DNA of 59,466 bases, counting the filler, from Bipalium vagum (taxonomy: Eukaryota): the NCBI GenBank assembly GCA_037834085.1. It is 3 parts of 3 records of this genome, joined end to end, with 100 filler letters (N's around TTAATTAATTAA, not from the genome) between each part and the next. Parts side by side here need not be neighbours in the genome. Positions count along the whole stretch, not along the records: positions 42,394 to 59,466 come from JBBMKC010079724.1; 2 more parts are not named here. One strand, 5' to 3'. A model generated the notes under the pieces. That model made no database searches. It was not told where the DNA came from and was given only the letters and a program-made list of their open reading frames with translations. Shown here in pieces: positions 54,701 to 59,466 of the stretch; within the stretch, counting starts at the first letter, position 1, and each line of letters starts with the position of its first letter. The translations under genes and the position numbers were made by a program.

Positions 54701-56301
54701 TACCAAATCATAAGATTCCTTGCAGTTAGGTAATGTTAAATTATGAATGGGAAATTTTTTATGCATCATTATTATGTCAAACATGACAAATCATCCAAGA
54801 CCTGATGCCAGAAAATCATTACATTGGTACTTAATTATATAAATCTTATAAAATTATGCATATAAGTTAGTTGTAAGACATGATTCATTGAGAACTAAAA
54901 AAAAATAAAATCAATGCAAGAAATTGAAAGACGGTGTCAAAAAACCAAATATCGTCATACTAATGAGATGGTTTTGAAAAATCGAATTAGAAGCAAATAA
55001 ACGTTGAGATTTCTAGTGATTCCTAAAAATCAATAATCGGTTCTCAAATTCTGTGATAGATTTCACGATTTTTCCCAGTGGGAGTAGTGATTCTTCTATT
55101 TGATGATTAAAATATTTTAATGTTTTGAGAAAATTAATTATTGGTTAGTTTTGCTGTGTAATCTCTAATACCTTTATAATTTATTAAGAGCAATTAATAT
55201 CACATCTTAAAATGCTAAAATTAAACTAAAAAATTCAATATTCATGATTATGTCTATCATCTGTTTGGTTGAATTGATACTTTTAAAAATTCTAAATAAG
55301 TATTGATTATTCTGTTTTTTAAAGTATATATATATATATATATATACACCTTTACAAATTGATGTAATTTGAATTTATAATACCAGATTCTTAAGAATAA
55401 CATTTTAAATGAATCTGATAAATATTGATTAAAGACACTGAATAAAAAAAGAATGCGTTTCAGGAGAAAGAAAGAAAATTTTTCCAATTTTTATCTGTAA
55501 GAAAAGAATTTAGGAATTTTAAAGCTAATAATATCTTTTTCAATGGATAAAAAGTACTTTCTATGTAACACTATAAATAATTGAATAATGAGAAAAATAT
55601 TTTACGAAACCAAAGTTTCATTTTGAATATTGAGATGAAAAAAAATTAACAAAAAAAGTAACACGTCCAAATAAATGAATATAAGGTTGTTTCATAAAAT
55701 AATCTTCGAAAAGAATAGAACAGATTTCATAGTGCATTTATGTTTATTGGACGTTCCACGATATATAAAAGTCATCTGTTCTATGATTATTAATAATATT
55801 CAATACTTAGGGTAATATCATGTAAATTATTCTTTGGTTTTTAAGCGAGTTTACTCTAATATACTATGCAATTTTTGATTTTATTATAAATTTCTCTACT
55901 TTTAAGGCATTTTGATTTTTGAAATAAATTAATTAAATATTGATTTTGAGTTTTAAGGTCATGTAATCTTTAATTAAAAATGTTTTACTTTTATTCTAAA
56001 GATAAATATTTATTTCACAATTATTATTGTGTTGTTATTGATTTTCAATTTTAACCATTACTATTCAATATTTAAAAGAAAATAAATACTATTTGTGAAT
56101 TTTCAAGGCCAAATGCCTACTGTCAAAGTTTCACGTAGTATCAACACCAGAAGATAATTATCAAGAACATTATTGCGAAGTGTCTTCGGAAATGGAAGAG
56201 TCGGTTAATAAAATGACAAATATTATTCAAATTTTATGTGAATTTGTCCGAGAATGTGACAATCGATTTGTTATGGAACGAAAAAATCCAGCTCTTTGCA
56301 G
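42743..56301 (+). CDS. USP9X: Ubiquitin carboxyl-terminal hydrolase USP9X / fat facets, eight internal exons (5' and 3' parts absent from the window)
   Basis: Exons 42743-42871, 42950-43186, 45973-46179, 48877-48999, 50167-50296, 52330-52666, 52727-53006 and 56108-56301, all phase-compatible. Diagnostic motifs [85 protein letters not shown] and [10 protein letters not shown]. Confidence 0.93.
43251..44448 (+). mobile_element. Decayed Tc1-family element in a USP9X intron
   Basis: [21 protein letters not shown] and [10 protein letters not shown]. Right TIR ...GACGCATACTG|TA with a degenerate match near 43251. Confidence 0.8.
46343..46560. repeat. Near-perfect tandem duplication, 112-bp period
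   Basis: 46343-46448 equals 46455-46560 apart from 2 substitutions. Confidence 0.95.
46960..47900 (+). mobile_element. Heavily decayed mariner relic
   Basis: [23 protein letters not shown] and [21 protein letters not shown] follow the mariner transposase layout. Confidence 0.6.
53539..54057. mobile_element. Probable MITE (hAT-like TAGGG terminus), ~520 bp
   Basis: Termini TATGGCAACCAA / TTGGTTGCCCTA. Candidate 8-bp TSD ATTATTAT / CTTATTAC. Subterminal AAAATGCA repeats. Confidence 0.55.
55325..55346. repeat. (TA)n microsatellite
   Basis: Direct read. Confidence 0.9.
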
Positions 56302-56465
56302 GTATGAATATTATGATTATTATTGATCAACTGAACTAATCTATTTTTCTTAACAAAAATCAATATATAAACTTGAAGCAGTGGTCATACAAAATTTTAG
56401 GGAATAAATATTTTCCATTTGATTCATCAATTTTCTTTGTCTGGAAATTTTAATCATGTTTTTAA

Positions 56466-56612
56466 AAAATTCCAAAATTCTCTCAATTTTTGTTTGAATA
56501 ATATTTAAATTGGATACAATGATTTATAATTAGTTTTAAATAAATATTAAAACAGCCGAGAATAATATAAAAAGCGACATGATTGAAAAAAAAATTCTTT
56601 AAAATAATTTTT
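56466..56612. repeat. Left copy of the ~147-bp direct repeat flanking MAK16
   Basis: Matches 57338-57484 with 4 substitutions and two 2-bp indels. Confidence 0.95.
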
Positions 56613-56615
56613 TAT

Positions 56616-57310
56616 TTACGATTTACGATTTTCAATAACAAGTTGCTTGTCGAATGATTCTTCGATGTCCTCCTCGGACTCGATGTCTGATGCTTCCACA
56701 TATTTGCAAACTTCATTTTCATCCTTATCACAAGCAGAAGACTCATAATCATACTCTTCCTCGTTTTCCGACATTTCCATCTCGTTCTCCTTCAAGTAAC
56801 TATCAAGCATTCCTTGTTCAAATTAAACATGCTATTTTTCTTCATTAATCTCTCTAACAATTCAGTCTCGATAGATTTTACCATCTTCGCTGCTCTTAAG
56901 GCTTTCATTTCTCTGCGACTTTCATTCCTTTCAATTTTTCGAGATTTGGCTATCAGGACTTTTTTACTGTCCAATTCCATATATCTTCGTCTTTTGACAA
57001 CTTTTTTGAAGCATGCAAATCGCGTCTTAACCTTTTTAATTATGTGTTTGGGCCAGTATATCAAATGGTGATTTATTTGCTCTAATGCATCATTTAGTGA
57101 TTCTTTTAATTTTATAATATCCCAATGTTTTGCTGGATAAGGCATTCTTTCAGGTTCTCTAATGTATAAAGAAATTATGTTATCCTTTTCTTTGATTGTC
57201 GCGTAACGACTATTAGCCAATGGATAAACTGTAAGGTTACACAGTCCATCTAAATTATATTCATTTTGGCAATGTTTTTGTGTTTTTGTTTTATTTAAGA
57301 AGGAGCAATG
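56616..57310 (-). pseudogene. MAK16: Intronless MAK16 (60S biogenesis factor) pseudogene, antisense within a USP9X intron
   Basis: HCSFLNKTKTQKHCQNEYNLDGLCNLTVYPLANSRYATIKE...ALEQINHHLIYWP...IETELLERL plus an acidic tail identifies Mak16. No start codon (in-frame TAA just upstream), the conserved CPLANS reads YPLANS, and there is a 1-nt frameshift near 56810. Confidence 0.9.
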
Positions 57311-57337
57311 TGATTAATATTAATTTTGATTAATATT

Positions 57338-57484
57338 AAAATTCCAAAATTCTCTCTTAATTTTTGTTTGAATAATATTTAAATTGGATAAAATGATTTA
57401 TAATTAATTTTAAATAAATATTAAAACAGTCGAGAATAATATAAAAAGCGACATGATTGAAAAAAATTCTCTAAAATAATTTTT
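57338..57484. repeat. Right copy of the ~147-bp direct repeat flanking MAK16
   Basis: Matches 56466-56612. Confidence 0.95.
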
Positions 57485-57934
57485 GATTTTATATATTAAA
57501 TGGCCTTGAAAACTGGATCAGGTGTGATAAAAAGGCTCCACAAACGATTGCAAAGTCCAGTTTGTCTTCAAAAAAAAGAATGAAAAATATCAATAGTTCA
57601 ATTTTTTCTAAAAAAATTTCTTAAAATTGTTCTATTGATAAAAGTTAGAAATTAGTATTTTTAACGTTGAACATCTAGATCTTGCTTTAAAAAATCACAT
57701 TATCATTTATAAACAGAAATCTGTTTTTTTAAAAAGACATTGTATATAAATCGATTTAATATTTAAAACTGATTATTTCTCGAAAGTGATTTTAAAATTT
57801 TTGTAATCTACTGAATTTAGGTAAGTTTTCAAGTACATTTTAAAGAAACAATATTAATAGTTTCATTTATTTTATGAAGGTGGATATGTGAATAATTCTA
57901 TTTTAATTGCCTGATTTTTTTTGGGTAGTTTTTG

Positions 57935-58483
57935 TAATATTGTTAATATTCACACAAATATTAAACAAACTGAATTTTATTCTGACTCTAAATTCCAAAA
58001 TAATGGTTCGTTCGAGTCAATTTATTCACCAAAAAGTTAAATCACATCGTAATAATATCACTTTCAATCAAATCGTTTTTGTCCTTGTTATCGGCTTAAT
58101 TCTAATTTTTTTCTGGCTTTGTCCGGCTCGAATTTGTTCTCATCAATTTTTTTGCTTTGATTTGGTTCTGCTGTGGAAAATCTGGTAGTTGCTTATATAA
58201 TCTCCTGTTTACCTCCATTGGGGCCAATCACTCACCATAGCAGAGACATCTGCCCTCTTTGGCTTGTGCATACGTAGAACCCCGAGCTTTCAATTATCCA
58301 GCTCAACCTGAACTTAGTTGCCTGATCTGATTGCTAAGCTCAAAAGCTCTTCATCTCTGCGTGGGTCATCCTCATCTCTTTTCCATTAGGACAATGTCAA
58401 CCCGGGAGCTTTAATTATTCAGGTCAGGCCAAGTTGAATAATTAAATGGATTAAGTTTCCTAAAAATCATCAATAAAAATACA
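57935..58483 (-). mobile_element. Possible solo LTR or other repeat fragment
   Basis: GC-richer non-coding island with minus-strand TATATAAG (~58192), downstream AATAAA (~58021) and an internal diverged ~35-bp repeat. No clear TSD. Confidence 0.3.
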
Positions 58484-58639
58484 TATTTTTTTAATATGGA
58501 AAAGTGGTAATTATAATTTATCATTTCTCCATTTGTTATCATTTTATTATTATAGTATTAATAATTAACCGAAATTATATAAGATTATCGTTATGATAAA
58601 ATAAAACCAAAACAGAAAAGATATAAAATCTTACTTTCT

Positions 58640-59000
58640 AAAACCAAATCCATTTGAAACAGCATCATAAAATATATAAATTTTTCAATATTTCCAACAA
58701 TATATTTCATAAATGTAAGAACAATGGCGATGATTTATTGTTGCGACCGATAATACATAATATCCAATAAGCATATCTATCAGTAAACGTTTGACCAAGT
58801 CAACCAATATTAAACACCATCTCACAAACAGACACAATCCAAATCTTGATTTTCCGATAAATGTTCAATCAAATGATGCATCCTACAATTACTCACCACG
58901 CACCGACGCAAAACACAAATACGTTTTAACGGTTCCAAATGGATCCGTTGGGAATTCATGTCACTTCTAGTCTCAATATCACTACATGCAAAACGCAACA
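58640..59000 (-). mobile_element. Possible piggyBac-like transposase trace
   Basis: Degenerate VFVFCVGA...GCII*LNIYRK, loosely like piggyBac K.FVLCD..GY...FEIY.GK. Confidence 0.2.
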
Positions 59001-59400
59001 TGATTATCCTTCACAGAAAATTTAAAAATTTAACTCAATTTTTACTTAAATATAATATTTAACATATTGGTATATAAAAATAATAATCAAATAAATCTGA
59101 TCACTAATTATCACCTGTAGTGTTAGAAAAAAGGCATTTTAATCAGAACTATATTGACCGGTTGTTATTAAAGTTTTAAAATTGTTAAAAAACATTCAAT
59201 ATTTCAAAATAATTTAAATTATTTAATTAGTTAATTTTCTAATATTTAATTCTCTTCATTAATATTGGTTTAAAATACTTATTACAAATATCTCATAAAA
59301 GAACGAGATGCTATAACAAATTTTTATTTTTATATTAAATTTATAAAAATATAAAAGTAATAATTAAATAGCGACGAAAATTGGTTTTACATTTCGATTT

Positions 59401-59402
<2 letters not shown>

Positions 59403-59466
<64 letters not shown>
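59403..59466. repeat. (ATT)n microsatellite running off the window end
   Basis: Direct read, about 21 units. Confidence 0.95.

Noticed and set aside
56654-57071. Plus-strand ORFs 56654-56848 and 56814-57071
   Set aside because: Antisense shadows of the MAK16 coding sequence.
56616-57220. Programmed ribosomal frameshift in MAK16
   Set aside because: No slippery heptamer at the shift. The missing start and lost conserved Cys point to pseudogene decay.

Overview
Very AT-rich eukaryotic nuclear DNA, most likely from an invertebrate animal. It uses the standard code and has spliceosomal introns that are either short (42-78 nt) or several kb long and filled with transposons. The window is three assembly pieces (1-17250, 17351-42293, 42394-59466) joined by artificial 44N-TTAATTAATTAA-44N linkers, so adjacency across those joins is not biological evidence. 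Genes I could build by hand: (i) an intronless orphan single-pass membrane protein with a 51-aa N/Q-rich tandem repeat (7870-9520); (ii) a complete 3-exon SERP1/RAMP4 (12718-13011); (iii) five phase-compatible exons of a probable STAC-like adaptor (24092-39815); (iv) eight internal exons of USP9X/fat facets (42743-56301), including a GC-AG intron; (v) an intronless, disabled MAK16 copy lying antisense in a USP9X intron and bracketed by a ~147-bp direct repeat. Most of the remaining sequence is decayed DNA transposons (about 20 Tc1/mariner/pogo relics, hAT-type MITEs, possible Merlin and piggyBac traces), two possible solo LTRs and microsatellites. The two best leads are the MAK16 insertion with an unusually long target-site-like duplication and the repeat membrane protein, whose repeat resembles HET-s-type amyloid signalling motifs. 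All family assignments come from motif recognition by eye; no database searches were run.
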